IMG/VR virus record: IMGVR_UViG_3300037515_000482 | Span: 1 to 52,924 of that record | Reading direction: 5' to 3' (one strand) | Length of the DNA: 52,924 bases | DNA from: a virus | Lineage: Duplodnaviria; Caudoviricetes | Shown: piece after piece, positions 18,959 through 28,116 of the stretch | Position numbering within the stretch: the first letter of the stretch is position 1 | Layout: each line of letters starts with the position of its first letter | Notes under the pieces: generated by a model | Databases searched by the model: none | What the model was told of the DNA's origin: nothing | The model's input: only the letters and a program-made list of their open reading frames with translations | Program-made: the position numbers and the translations under genes

Positions 18959-19973
18959 TTCCCCAGCCTTCCAGTTCTATGCAGCCGACTTCCTGGCCGA
19001 CGAGAACCAGCGGGTCATGAGCCCCGCAGAGGCCGGCGCCTACATCCGCCTGATCTGCACGTGCTGGATCGAGGGATCGGTGCCCGACGACATCCGGCGT
19101 CTCGCCCCCCTGGGCGGCATGACCCGAGCCGAGATGGAGGATGCCTGGCCCCAGATCATTCCGTGCTTCGAACCGCACCCGGACGAGCCCGGCCGACTTA
19201 TCCACCCCCGTGTGGAAAGGGAGCGCCAAAGGCAGCGGACCTACGCTACGCAGATGGCCGCGGCCGGGAAGAAAGGGGCCCGCCGGCGCTGGGCGAAGAA
19301 GAAGGCATCGAACACTAAGGGGTCCGAAGAGCCCGAAATCCCAGAATCGGACACCACGCAAGAAGCGTTGCCGCACAATGACGAAAATGGGGAGGCTATA
19401 GCCAGGCTAAAGCCAGGTCATGCTGAGGCCATACCTACCCCAATGGCCTCGGATAGCTCTCCGGCTTCGTCTTCGTCTCTGGAAGTACTTACTACCTCCC
19501 GCCCTCCAGTGACTCGGAGCGAGCCGGATAGCCAGGCTATGGCCAGGCCATCGAGCGAGAAAGCGGGAAAGCGGGAAGGTGATCACGAGGACCGACCAGC
19601 GAAGCCCAAGCACCCGGCACTCGAACGGCTCTGGACCGGTGGGGTGATGGAGCTCGTCCGTAGGGACTGGCACCGTGGCCAGGAACGCGTCGATCTCCCC
19701 GACGGGAAAAGCGTGGGCATCGGCCTGGAGTACTGGCTCTTCAACGACCTGCTGCACGCCACTGACGACCCGGACATGGCGCGTTGGATCGTCAAGGAGG
19801 CACCCATCGTGCTCGGCTGGGACGACCAGCCGCGGACGCTCTACTGGGCGCTCCGTGGCCAGAACTTCGACGCTGCCTTCGAGGCGTACCTCGAGCGGCA
19901 CCCCCCGGACTGTGACCCGACAGCGGGTATGGTCAGCATTAAGCGCATCCCCAACGGAGCGAGGACGGCATGA
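18951..19973 (+). CDS. Replication initiator (YdaU/DUF1376-like)
   Basis: PAFQFYAADFLAD...GAYIRLIC..W..GS.P; AGKKGA..RW. Confidence 0.8.
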   Translation: MADSPAFQFYAADFLADENQRVMSPAEAGAYIRLICTCWIEGSVPDDIRRLAPLGGMTRAEMEDAWPQIIPCFEPHPDEPGRLIHPRVERERQRQRTYATQMAAAGKKGARRRWAKKKASNTKGSEEPEIPESDTTQEALPHNDENGEAIARLKPGHAEAIPTPMASDSSPASSSSLEVLTTSRPPVTRSEPDSQAMARPSSEKAGKREGDHEDRPAKPKHPALERLWTGGVMELVRRDWHRGQERVDLPDGKSVGIGLEYWLFNDLLHATDDPDMARWIVKEAPIVLGWDDQPRTLYWALRGQNFDAAFEAYLERHPPDCDPTAGMVSIKRIPNGARTA

Positions 19974-20293
19974 AGCGAACGAACGGCGGCGCCTTCGAGG
20001 CCACAGAGACCCGGACTGGCATACCGCTCGGCTACGTGGCCGGCCAGTGCCTGGACGTGGTGGTATCGGCCCACCTCACGCTGCGCCGTGCCCGGTCGAC
20101 TGAGGCGCACGAGAACGTCGAGTGGGCCGCCCGTGTCACGCTGGCCGACGCCGCGAAGGCGTTCAGCGCGATCAACAACGCACTGGACGTGTGCAACGAC
20201 GCCAAGCTCGTGGACCGACTAGCGCTCATGGACGAGGACCAGTTCCGGCAGTGGACCCGGACCGTTGAGGAGGCTGGCGATGTCTTGGGTTGA
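19970..20293 (+). CDS. Hypothetical protein
   Basis: ATGA coupling. Confidence 0.55.
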   Translation: MKRTNGGAFEATETRTGIPLGYVAGQCLDVVVSAHLTLRRARSTEAHENVEWAARVTLADAAKAFSAINNALDVCNDAKLVDRLALMDEDQFRQWTRTVEEAGDVLG

Positions 20294-20323
20294 GAGCACG
20301 GACCGCAGGTATGCGAGGACGGC

Positions 20324-20890
20324 ATGAGCGAGCCGACGACCTGTGGGGATTTGGGCCACATGACGCGGAAGAAAGGCACGCCGTGCACTCGGCCGATGCT
20401 CGACGGGGGCCCCTGTTTCCAGCACGGAGGCCGGGCAACCGCCGTTGAGACCGTGATCAAGCCGCAGGACTGGGGTAAGGCGGTGTCGGTAGCGTTCTTG
20501 TGGCTGGTGATTGGCACGCAGAAGGGAGCCGCCGAAGCTGCCGGGATCGGTGAGCGCACGATGAATCGCTGGGTGATCTCGCCCTGGTGGCCCGATGCGT
20601 GCGCTGAGGCGAAGCAGCGATGGCTGAGCCACCTGACGCTGGAGTCCATGCGCACCCTGATCCGGAAGGTGAGCGAGGGCGACGCGGACAAGGCCTGGGA
20701 CGTGCTTCAGCAGTTCGACGACGACTTCAGGCCGCGGCCGAAGGAGGTCCGGGTGCTGGGTGTGCTGGCGTTCGTGGAGCAGCTCGCGGACGAGACCGTG
20801 CGCCACATCATGGGCATGCCCGAAGCCGAGCGCCGAGGTGAGCTGGTGAAGCTGGCGCAGGAGTCCGGGGTGGAGCTCGCCGGCCGATGA
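20324..20890 (+). CDS. terS: Terminase small subunit (putative)
   Basis: Directly upstream of TerL; C..TRKKGTPC...C..HGG motif plus HTH (QKGAAEAAGIGERTM..W). Confidence 0.65.
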   Translation: MSEPTTCGDLGHMTRKKGTPCTRPMLDGGPCFQHGGRATAVETVIKPQDWGKAVSVAFLWLVIGTQKGAAEAAGIGERTMNRWVISPWWPDACAEAKQRWLSHLTLESMRTLIRKVSEGDADKAWDVLQQFDDDFRPRPKEVRVLGVLAFVEQLADETVRHIMGMPEAERRGELVKLAQESGVELAGR

Positions 20891-23406
20891 CGTCCGGACC
20901 CGACGACTTGGTGCTTGGCCGGGCGATGCTGGCCCTCGAGGCGCGGGCGGCTGCGCTCGAGGCTCGCGAGACGGCCGAGAAGAGCCGGGTCTCCGTCCTG
21001 GACGGCTGGGACTGGCACGCGTGGCTCGGTGCGATGGTCCCGGGGCTTCGTGGGTTCTCCCCCTTCCACGAGGATTTCTGGAATTTCGTGTGGTCGATTG
21101 ATGCGGAGGGCAGCGCCGACCCGTTCGTCGGTGTGTGGGCGCGCGGCAGCGGGAAGTCGACGTCGGTCGAATCCGCCTCGCTCGCGCTGGGGCTTCGTGG
21201 CATGCGCCGCTACGTCTGGTACGTCCGGTCCACCCAGGACGCCGCGGACGACAGCGTGGGCACGAACATCGCGCACCTGCTCGAGTCGCCCCGGGTCGAG
21301 AAGTACTACCCGTGGCATGCAGAGCGGCAGCTCTCGAAGTATGGCCACTCGAAGGGCTGGAACTCGCAGCGCCTCCGGACCGCGGGCGGGTTCACGGTCG
21401 ATGGGATCGGCCTGGATACGGCGGCTCGCGGCCTGAAGGTCGAGGACCAGCGGCCCGACCTGATCGTCCTGGACGACGTCGACGGGAAGTTCGACACGCC
21501 GCGGACGACGAAGAAGAAACTCGACACCATCACCACCTCGATCCTCCCCGCCGGCTCGGCGAAGACCGTGGTGATCGGGATCCAGAACCTGATCATCCCG
21601 CACGGTGTGTTTTCCCGGCTGGTCGACGGGCGGGCGGATTTCCTGGCCACCCGGAAGGTTTCAGGTCCCGTCCCCGCGGTGCGCGGCCTGAAGACCGAGA
21701 TCCGCGAGGACGAAGAGGCCGGGCGCCGCCGGGCGTTCATCGTCGCCGGCACGCCGACCTGGGAGGGGCAGGACCTGGCCACATGCCAGAAGCTGATCGA
21801 CAACCTGGGCCTCGGGGCGTTCCTGAAGGAGTGCCAGCATGAGGTCCGGAAGAGGGAAGGGGCGCTCTGGACCGACGACATGCTGGCCCACCGCATCGAC
21901 GCCGCCCCTCGGCTCAAGCGAGTAGCCGTCGGCGTCGATCCGTCGGGAGGCGGCGACGCGATCGGGATCGTCGTCGCGGGGCTCGGCTACGATGGGCGCG
22001 GGTACGTGCTGGCCGACCTGACCCAGGACGGAGCGAGGGGCCCGCTCAACTGGGGGAAGGCCGCAGTCCGCTGCTACCTGGACCACGAAGCCGACCGGAT
22101 CGTCGCGGAGAAGAACTTCGGCGGCGACATGGTCGAGTCGAATATCCAGGTTGCGGCCCAAGCGCTCGACGCCGGCCGCGTCCCGGTCACGATGGTCCAC
22201 GCGTCGCGCGGCAAGGACGTGCGCGCCGAGCCCGTGGCCGCGCTCTACGAGAATGGCCTCATCTCCCACGTCGGTACGTTCCCGGAGCTTGAGGCGGAAC
22301 TGACCGGCTGGGTGCCCGGCGACCCGGACTCACCGAACCGGCTGGACGCATGTTTCGTCGCTGGTACGCGGGTCATGACTGGCCAAGGAGAGGTCCCCAT
22401 CGAACAGATTCAAATCGGCGATGCCGTCTGGACTCGCGCGGGCTGGCGTCCCGTTCTGCACTGCGGCCGCACCAGCGCAGAGACTGAGGTGCTCACCGTG
22501 CACCTGTCGGACGGCAGGGCGCTCACAGGTACGGGAAATCACCCGATATGGGTTGAGGGGAAGGGGTGGGCTGCACTTGATACTCTTGTGTGGGGTGACA
22601 TATTACTCTCATGCACAAGAGACGAGATACCATCCAGTTCCAAGGTGTCGTATACACCCGATTCCCTGACTCCCCCCTCCGGTCATCGCGGGTCTATTTC
22701 ATCCCGCCTCGCGGCAGTGGTCGAGAGATGCTCCACCGGGAAGTGTGGAAAGCGCATAACGGGCCGATCCCGCCGGGTGCACACATCCATCATCGGGACA
22801 AAGATCCCCTCAATAACGATCCGGAGAATCTGGAATGCGTTGACCCGGCGACCCATGCGGAGCGCCATGCGGGTGAGCACATCGACGCCCGCCGCGCATG
22901 GGCTGAGCGTATCCGCCCTCTCTCCGCAGAGTGGCACAGCTCACCCGAGGGGGTCGCGTGGCATGCTGAACACGGTAAACGCACTTGGGAGGGTCGAGAG
23001 CCCGACGAGATCACATGCAGCCATTGCGGGAAGCGCGCGAAGCGATTCAAAACGGGCAGTGAAACTCGCTTTTGCAGCCGCAATTGCTCCCGAGCTGCCG
23101 CCGATTCCGAGCGCCGATACGAGCGAGAGACGCCTTGCCCCGTCTGCGAGAAGCTCTTCTGGCAGAACAAGTACCGTCCAAAGCCTGGCGCGTGCTCCCG
23201 TAAGTGTGCTTGGGTTCTCCGAAAGCGAAAAAGCAGCGGTCTACAACCTTGAGGTTGCCGAACACCCTGAGTACTTCGCCAACGGCATCCTTGTGCACAA
23301 CTGCGTCTGGGTGCTGAGCGAGCTGATGCTCGGTTCGGCGCAGAAGATCTTCGACATCTGGTATCCCGGCATGAAGTCCACCGACGCGAAGGAGGGAGTA
23401 GCGTGA
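20887..23406 (+). CDS. terL: Terminase large subunit containing an intein
   Basis: Walker A ARGSGKST, Walker B LIVLDD, nuclease VGVDPS, EKNFGG, NRLDA. Confidence 0.93.
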   Translation: MTSGPDDLVLGRAMLALEARAAALEARETAEKSRVSVLDGWDWHAWLGAMVPGLRGFSPFHEDFWNFVWSIDAEGSADPFVGVWARGSGKSTSVESASLALGLRGMRRYVWYVRSTQDAADDSVGTNIAHLLESPRVEKYYPWHAERQLSKYGHSKGWNSQRLRTAGGFTVDGIGLDTAARGLKVEDQRPDLIVLDDVDGKFDTPRTTKKKLDTITTSILPAGSAKTVVIGIQNLIIPHGVFSRLVDGRADFLATRKVSGPVPAVRGLKTEIREDEEAGRRRAFIVAGTPTWEGQDLATCQKLIDNLGLGAFLKECQHEVRKREGALWTDDMLAHRIDAAPRLKRVAVGVDPSGGGDAIGIVVAGLGYDGRGYVLADLTQDGARGPLNWGKAAVRCYLDHEADRIVAEKNFGGDMVESNIQVAAQALDAGRVPVTMVHASRGKDVRAEPVAALYENGLISHVGTFPELEAELTGWVPGDPDSPNRLDACFVAGTRVMTGQGEVPIEQIQIGDAVWTRAGWRPVLHCGRTSAETEVLTVHLSDGRALTGTGNHPIWVEGKGWAALDTLVWGDILLSCTRDEIPSSSKVSYTPDSLTPPSGHRGSISSRLAAVVERCSTGKCGKRITGRSRRVHTSIIGTKIPSITIRRIWNALTRRPMRSAMRVSTSTPAAHGLSVSALSPQSGTAHPRGSRGMLNTVNALGRVESPTRSHAAIAGSARSDSKRAVKLAFAAAIAPELPPIPSADTSERRLAPSARSSSGRTSTVQSLARAPVSVLGFSESEKAAVYNLEVAEHPEYFANGILVHNCVWVLSELMLGSAQKIFDIWYPGMKSTDAKEGVA
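22577..22604 (+). promoter_or_regulatory. Candidate sigma70-type promoter inside the intein
   Basis: TTGATA-16 bp-CATATT with extended TG, in an AT-rich patch, 6 nt before ATG 22611. Confidence 0.45.
22611..23252 (+). CDS. HNH endonuclease with zinc fingers, nested out of frame within the intein
   Basis: LHREVW..HNGPIP.G.HIHHRDKDPLNNDPENLEC; CSHCG, FCSRNC, CPVC, CSRKC. Confidence 0.88.
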   Translation: MHKRRDTIQFQGVVYTRFPDSPLRSSRVYFIPPRGSGREMLHREVWKAHNGPIPPGAHIHHRDKDPLNNDPENLECVDPATHAERHAGEHIDARRAWAERIRPLSAEWHSSPEGVAWHAEHGKRTWEGREPDEITCSHCGKRAKRFKTGSETRFCSRNCSRAAADSERRYERETPCPVCEKLFWQNKYRPKPGACSRKCAWVLRKRKSSGLQP

Positions 23407-23598
23407 GCAAGGGCAGCACGCGCCGCCCGGCGCAGGTCAACGGCGACGAGTTCACGCGCCGCTGGGATGACACGTTCCCTGGGCGCCGCGGCGGCCACGA
23501 CCGCAGAGCCGACGACCCGCGACGCGCGAAACACCGGACGGGCAGCGGGCGCCGCACGGGGGTGCCGGACCGGCGGGCACGGCCACCGGAGCCCTCCG

Positions 23599-23820
23599 AT
23601 GCTTGAGACCGCGCAGCAGATCTCCCCACGGATGCGCGAGGTCGCGGTGCTGGTGGCCGGGAAGGGTCTCAGCTACCCAGAGACCGCGCAGGAACTCGGC
23701 ATCAGCGTCACGACAGTGAAGCGCTACGCCGAGGAGATCGGAAAGCGCTTTCGGAAGGCCCCGCGCAAGGCCATGTTCGAGTGGTACCGTACCCACGGGG
23801 ACGAAGATGAGGTGGCGTAG
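23599..23820 (+). CDS. LuxR/sigma-region-4-type HTH regulator
   Basis: SPRMREVAVLVAGKGLSYPETAQELGISVTTVK. Confidence 0.75.
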   Translation: MLETAQQISPRMREVAVLVAGKGLSYPETAQELGISVTTVKRYAEEIGKRFRKAPRKAMFEWYRTHGDEDEVA

Positions 23821-23824
23821 CACC

Positions 23825-24124
23825 ATGGATCCCATTGAAGACCTGGACCCTATATGCAGACTGATCGGCCAGGTCGCCGAGAAGTACGGCATCACCGAAG
23901 AGCGCGCGGAGCGTGTCGTGCTGGGGTTGGCGCCGGTCCCCGGGAGCTTGGCGGACGCCCGCGAGCGACTCGGGGCTGCGTGGCGGGAGTTCTTGGACGC
24001 GCTGGCCGACTCTCTCCCCGAGGTGGTCCGCAGACACCTGCCGGGCCGCTGCCCGGACTGCGGCGAGCGTTGCGAGGATCACCCCTCGGTCCGCTGCAAT
24101 CCGGCCTGGTACCGAAGCCAGTAG
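23825..24124 (+). CDS. Hypothetical protein
   Basis: RBS GAGGTG; C-terminal CPDC. Confidence 0.5.
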   Translation: MDPIEDLDPICRLIGQVAEKYGITEERAERVVLGLAPVPGSLADARERLGAAWREFLDALADSLPEVVRRHLPGRCPDCGERCEDHPSVRCNPAWYRSQ

Positions 24125-24246
24125 GCCCCCTCGGTACCCATGGGCCGAACAAGCCATGGGGTCATCGGCCCAATGCCGCGCGTTGTCTGCGCCCGCTAGC
24201 ATCGGTCGTGGAGATGTGACCACGACTCCCCTACGGGTAGCGCAGC

Positions 24247-26487
24247 CTGGGCAAACGCGATTGGGTCAGCCGGATACTCGGGACCACCGACTTCGCGCCG
24301 AAGACCGGTGAAGCGCTAGCTACCACCACCATCCCCGACGCCCAGAAGAACGGCGCCCCCGCCTACCAGGCCAAGAGCGTCGGCAGCGGCGTCACTTTCG
24401 TTGGCGCGCCGGACTGGCGCAACGTCATCCGGCTCGACGCCCAGGTCGATCCCGACGCCGAGGAACTGACGCGCGGCATCGCGCTCGCCACGTCGGCCTA
24501 CTGCTACACGGCGATCATGTACCGGGCCCAGAAGATCGCCGAGCCGCCGCTCTACGTCGCCGAGGATACCGACGAGGGCGAGCTGTTCCTCACCGACCAC
24601 GAGATCGCGCCGCTGTTCCTCGACCCGAGCGAGGACTTCGACTTCGCCGAGCTACTCTCACTGACCGAGGCGTACCGGCTGATCACGGGCTCGGCGCTCT
24701 GGCTCAAGGCCCGCGACCGGGTCGGCCGCGTCGGCGGGCTCATGCCGTTCTCGGGCGACCAGGTGCGCACCTACGCCGCCGCCGGCCGGATCTACGGCCG
24801 CTTCGAGGTCCTGACCAACGGGTCCTGGCGCCCCTACCCGCCCGAGGACGTGGTCTACTTCCGCGACTTGAACCCCGGCTCATGGCGCACCAACCTGTCG
24901 CGCCTCGACGTCGCGCTCTCGCACCTCGACCTCGGTCACCAGGTCGCGCGCACCGTTCGCAACTTCATGCGCCGGGCCATGTTCCCGGGCGGGGTCGTTT
25001 CTCCGGACAAGGACTGGAACCCTAGCCCCGAGGAATGGGCCGCGTACAAGGCCGCGGTCGCTGCGTGGCACTCTGGTCCCGCGAATGCCGGAAACCCGCT
25101 GGTCGCGATCGGCGGCACGACGTTCTCCCGCGCGGCGTTCCCGCTCAAGGAGCTGCTGCCCACCGAAATCCTCGACCGGACCGAGGCCGTCGTGGGCTCG
25201 GTCTTTGGCGTCGCGCCCATCGTGCTCGGCTGGAAGGTCGGGCTCGAAAACAGCCCGTGGTCGCAGATGCTCCAGGCCCGGCAGAACGTGTACGAGGAGA
25301 CGCTCGTTCCGCGCTGGGGTGAGTACGGCCGCCAGATCAGCCGCCAGATGCTCACGCCCGAAGAGCGAGCGGCCGGCGTGCGCGTGCGTTTCGACCTCAC
25401 GGACCTGGCCGCGCTGAGGGCTGACGACGCGGACCGCTCGACCGTCTCCCAGACGAACCGCGAGATCTGGACCGTCAACGAGCGCCGCGCCTATACCGGC
25501 CAGCAGCCGCTACCGAAGGACGACCCCCGCGGCGACGAGCTGGGCGGCGCGACGCAAGCCGGCGGACTCGGTCTGTTCGGCGCGGCCTCGGAACTCGGCG
25601 CGCTCGCGCTGGCTGGTCATCCGGGCGGCGAAGTGTCGGGTGGGCTGGTGAAGGCGTTCGAGGCTGCGTATGCCCGGGGCGACGAAGGGCCCGCGGGCCT
25701 CGAAGGCAAGGCACTCGAATGGGCGCTCTTCGACACCGGCACCAAGGCTGCCGAGAGCACGTGGACGCGCGCCGCCTACGAGCTGCTGCAGGAGCAGTTG
25801 CGCCAGATATCGGCGCTGGCCGGCAAGCACATCCGAGCGGCGAAAGTCGTTGCGGCCCCGGACGCTGAGGCCAAAGCCGTCGGCGACATCGACCCTGAGT
25901 CGGCGACTGAGTTCATTCGCGCGTTGGCCGAGTGGATCCGCGAGAAGGGCCAACGCCAGCTGTCCAAGGGGCTTTACCCGCTGATCGTCAATACCGGCAC
26001 GGCGGGCGCGAAGCGAGCGGCGGCCCAGGTCGGCCTGAACTTCGGCGTGCTGCAGCCGGGCGTGCTGGCCTACGCCCAGGAGGAAGCCGGTTTCCTGGCG
26101 TCCGTGATGGGCGAGACGACGGGCAAGAAGGTCGCGGCCATCGTGCAGCGGCGCCTGTCCGCCGGCGGACTGCTCAGGGACCTGCGCAAAGACCTGCAGG
26201 AGAGCGCGGCGTTCAGTCGCACGCGCGCCCAGCTCGTGGCCCGTACCGAGACGGCCCGGGCCTGGAACGGCGCGGCGCGCCGGAGCCTCTCTGACTACGA
26301 AAGCTCCAGTGACGAGACGGTGCGCGTCACCAAGGAGTGGCTCACGGCGGGCGACGACCGCGTGAGAGACGAGCACGCAGGGATGGAAGGGGAGCAGCGG
26401 CGCATCGACGAGCCGTTCAGCAACGGGCTCCAAGAGCCGTCGGAACCGAACTGCAGATGTACTTCAGCGTTCAGCCTCGAGCGCTGA
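24247..26487 (+). CDS. Portal protein fused to a MuF-like head morphogenesis domain; start uncertain (CTG 24247 or ATG 24517)
   Basis: HK97-like portal motifs (LITGSALW, DVVYFR, FGVAP, WTVNERR); C-terminal ARTET, KEWLT.GD.RVR.EH, PNCRC. Confidence 0.85.
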   Translation: MGKRDWVSRILGTTDFAPKTGEALATTTIPDAQKNGAPAYQAKSVGSGVTFVGAPDWRNVIRLDAQVDPDAEELTRGIALATSAYCYTAIMYRAQKIAEPPLYVAEDTDEGELFLTDHEIAPLFLDPSEDFDFAELLSLTEAYRLITGSALWLKARDRVGRVGGLMPFSGDQVRTYAAAGRIYGRFEVLTNGSWRPYPPEDVVYFRDLNPGSWRTNLSRLDVALSHLDLGHQVARTVRNFMRRAMFPGGVVSPDKDWNPSPEEWAAYKAAVAAWHSGPANAGNPLVAIGGTTFSRAAFPLKELLPTEILDRTEAVVGSVFGVAPIVLGWKVGLENSPWSQMLQARQNVYEETLVPRWGEYGRQISRQMLTPEERAAGVRVRFDLTDLAALRADDADRSTVSQTNREIWTVNERRAYTGQQPLPKDDPRGDELGGATQAGGLGLFGAASELGALALAGHPGGEVSGGLVKAFEAAYARGDEGPAGLEGKALEWALFDTGTKAAESTWTRAAYELLQEQLRQISALAGKHIRAAKVVAAPDAEAKAVGDIDPESATEFIRALAEWIREKGQRQLSKGLYPLIVNTGTAGAKRAAAQVGLNFGVLQPGVLAYAQEEAGFLASVMGETTGKKVAAIVQRRLSAGGLLRDLRKDLQESAAFSRTRAQLVARTETARAWNGAARRSLSDYESSSDETVRVTKEWLTAGDDRVRDEHAGMEGEQRRIDEPFSNGLQEPSEPNCRCTSAFSLER

Positions 26488-26500
26488 GGCGGATCCTGAC

Positions 26501-27220
26501 ATGCCCATTTCCATTATCTGCCAGCACTGCGGGACGGAATTCAAGAGGCCGCCCTCGACCGCAAGGTCGGCGCGGTTTTGCTCGCAGGCATGCAACTACG
26601 CCTATCGCAGGGCGCATCGCGATTGGCCTAAGCCCGAGGTGCGCGTCGCGGTGACGTGTCGGCAGTGCGGGGAGGACTTCCAGGTCCAGCCGAGCGAGTC
26701 CCACCGCGTTTCCTGCTCATGGGAATGCGAAAAAGCATTCCGGGCTGCTCGCCCGACTGAGGAGCACTACCGATACACCGGGAAGATCGCCCGGCGGTGC
26801 AAGTGGTGCTCTGCGGAATTCGAGGTCCACCCCTGCAAGGTCAGAAAGGACCGCGGTCGGTTCTGCTCCAGATCGTGCCGAGCCGCATGGGTCTGCCGGC
26901 ACGCGCAGAACCGCGTGAGTCTGGCCGAACGTGAGTTCGCTCGGTTTCTCCGTAAAAACGGGTTCGACTTCGACACCCAGGTCCAGATAAAGAGCTACAT
27001 CGTGGACGTGGTATTTCCCTCCGAGCACGTGGCGGTCGAGTTCGACGGCGACTACTGGCACGACCTGCCGCGCACCGCTGCCAAAGACCGAAAGAAGGAC
27101 GCCGCGCTGCGTCAGCTCGGCTATGAGGTCATTCGCGTCCGCCAGACGGCGCACGAAGCGGACCCTGCGGCATCCCTGGCCCGCATAAGCTCCGCGATCA
27201 CACGGGAGGTTGTCCAATGA
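26501..27220 (+). CDS. Zinc-finger plus DUF559/Vsr-like endonuclease (putative homing endonuclease)
   Basis: Repeated CxxC...FCSxxC; VD...AVEFDGDYWH...D..KD..L..LGYEVIR. Confidence 0.8.
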   Translation: MPISIICQHCGTEFKRPPSTARSARFCSQACNYAYRRAHRDWPKPEVRVAVTCRQCGEDFQVQPSESHRVSCSWECEKAFRAARPTEEHYRYTGKIARRCKWCSAEFEVHPCKVRKDRGRFCSRSCRAAWVCRHAQNRVSLAEREFARFLRKNGFDFDTQVQIKSYIVDVVFPSEHVAVEFDGDYWHDLPRTAAKDRKKDAALRQLGYEVIRVRQTAHEADPAASLARISSAITREVVQ

Positions 27221-28077
27221 AGCCCGAGAGGAAGAGCCGCCGTTTCGCCATGTTGCCGCCCGGGTGGGAAGTGCCCAAGCGCGCCGACCGCGAGCCCCCG
27301 GACATGGGAGAGGTGCCGTTTCAGCTCAAGGCGGAAGCCGGGAATGATGGATCTCGGATGTTCACGGGCCTGGCCTCGACGTGGGACATGGACCTCCAGG
27401 GAGACGTCATCCATCAAGGCGCGTTCGAGGAGACGCTGAACAACTGGCGGAGGCAGGAGAAGATCGTTCCCCTCGTGGACTCTCACGCCGCGGGCGTGAG
27501 CGTCCTTACGACCGTCGGCAAGATGATCGAGGCAGAGGAAACCGATGAGGGCCTTCTGGTTAAGTTCGAAATGGCCAACCACCAGGCCGCAGACGATGTG
27601 TGGAGCCTGATCCAAGACGACATGGTGGGCGGCCTTTCCATCGGATACCGCGCCATAGACTACGATGTCCCGACCAGGGAGGAGATGGATCGGGGCATCA
27701 TGCGTCACCTGAAGGAGATCGACCTTCGCGAGATCAGTGTCGTCCAGTTTCCCGCCAATACAGGAACGCGGATCAATCGAGATTCGCTCAAGGCGAACAC
27801 CGAGCGACTGGAGGACGCGGAAGATCTCGAAATGGTGGCCGCTGCCATAAGGGACGGCAAGGCCACCGAAGGGAGCCGGGCCACGCTCCACAGGCTCGGA
27901 CAGAAGTACGGCCGGTTGCTCACTGACGAGGGCGCGCGACCTCCGCAGGAGCAAATGGCCGATCCCAAGGCGGCCGAGGACTTGGCCAGGAAGATCGACC
28001 GCCTGTACGCAACCGGACTCGCTACCCGCCTCGAAGCGGCCCAGCACTCCGGACGCGCCGTGCTCACGGGCATCTGA
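27217..28077 (+). CDS. HK97-family prohead protease
   Basis: DLQGDVI..GAF, DSH, GLSIGY, LREISVVQFPAN. Confidence 0.92.
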   Translation: MKPERKSRRFAMLPPGWEVPKRADREPPDMGEVPFQLKAEAGNDGSRMFTGLASTWDMDLQGDVIHQGAFEETLNNWRRQEKIVPLVDSHAAGVSVLTTVGKMIEAEETDEGLLVKFEMANHQAADDVWSLIQDDMVGGLSIGYRAIDYDVPTREEMDRGIMRHLKEIDLREISVVQFPANTGTRINRDSLKANTERLEDAEDLEMVAAAIRDGKATEGSRATLHRLGQKYGRLLTDEGARPPQEQMADPKAAEDLARKIDRLYATGLATRLEAAQHSGRAVLTGI

Positions 28078-28116
28078 CCCGGGAGCGACACCGCAACTCT
28101 GAGTGAGGACCGAACG

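Larger units (their letters stand above)
22351..23301 (+). mobile_element. Intein, 317 aa, in the TerL nuclease domain
   Basis: Block A CFVAGTRV, block B TGNHPIW, block F/G VYNLEVAEHPEYFANGILVHN followed by +1 Cys. Confidence 0.95.

Noticed and set aside
22611-23252. Intein as a frameshifted pseudogene
   Set aside because: The TerL frame is uninterrupted and the HNH has its own start and stop; only read-level checks could revive this
24217-24240. Stop-codon readthrough or an alternative genetic code extending the portal
   Set aside because: Two in-frame stops (TGA, TAG), and both codons terminate normal genes elsewhere
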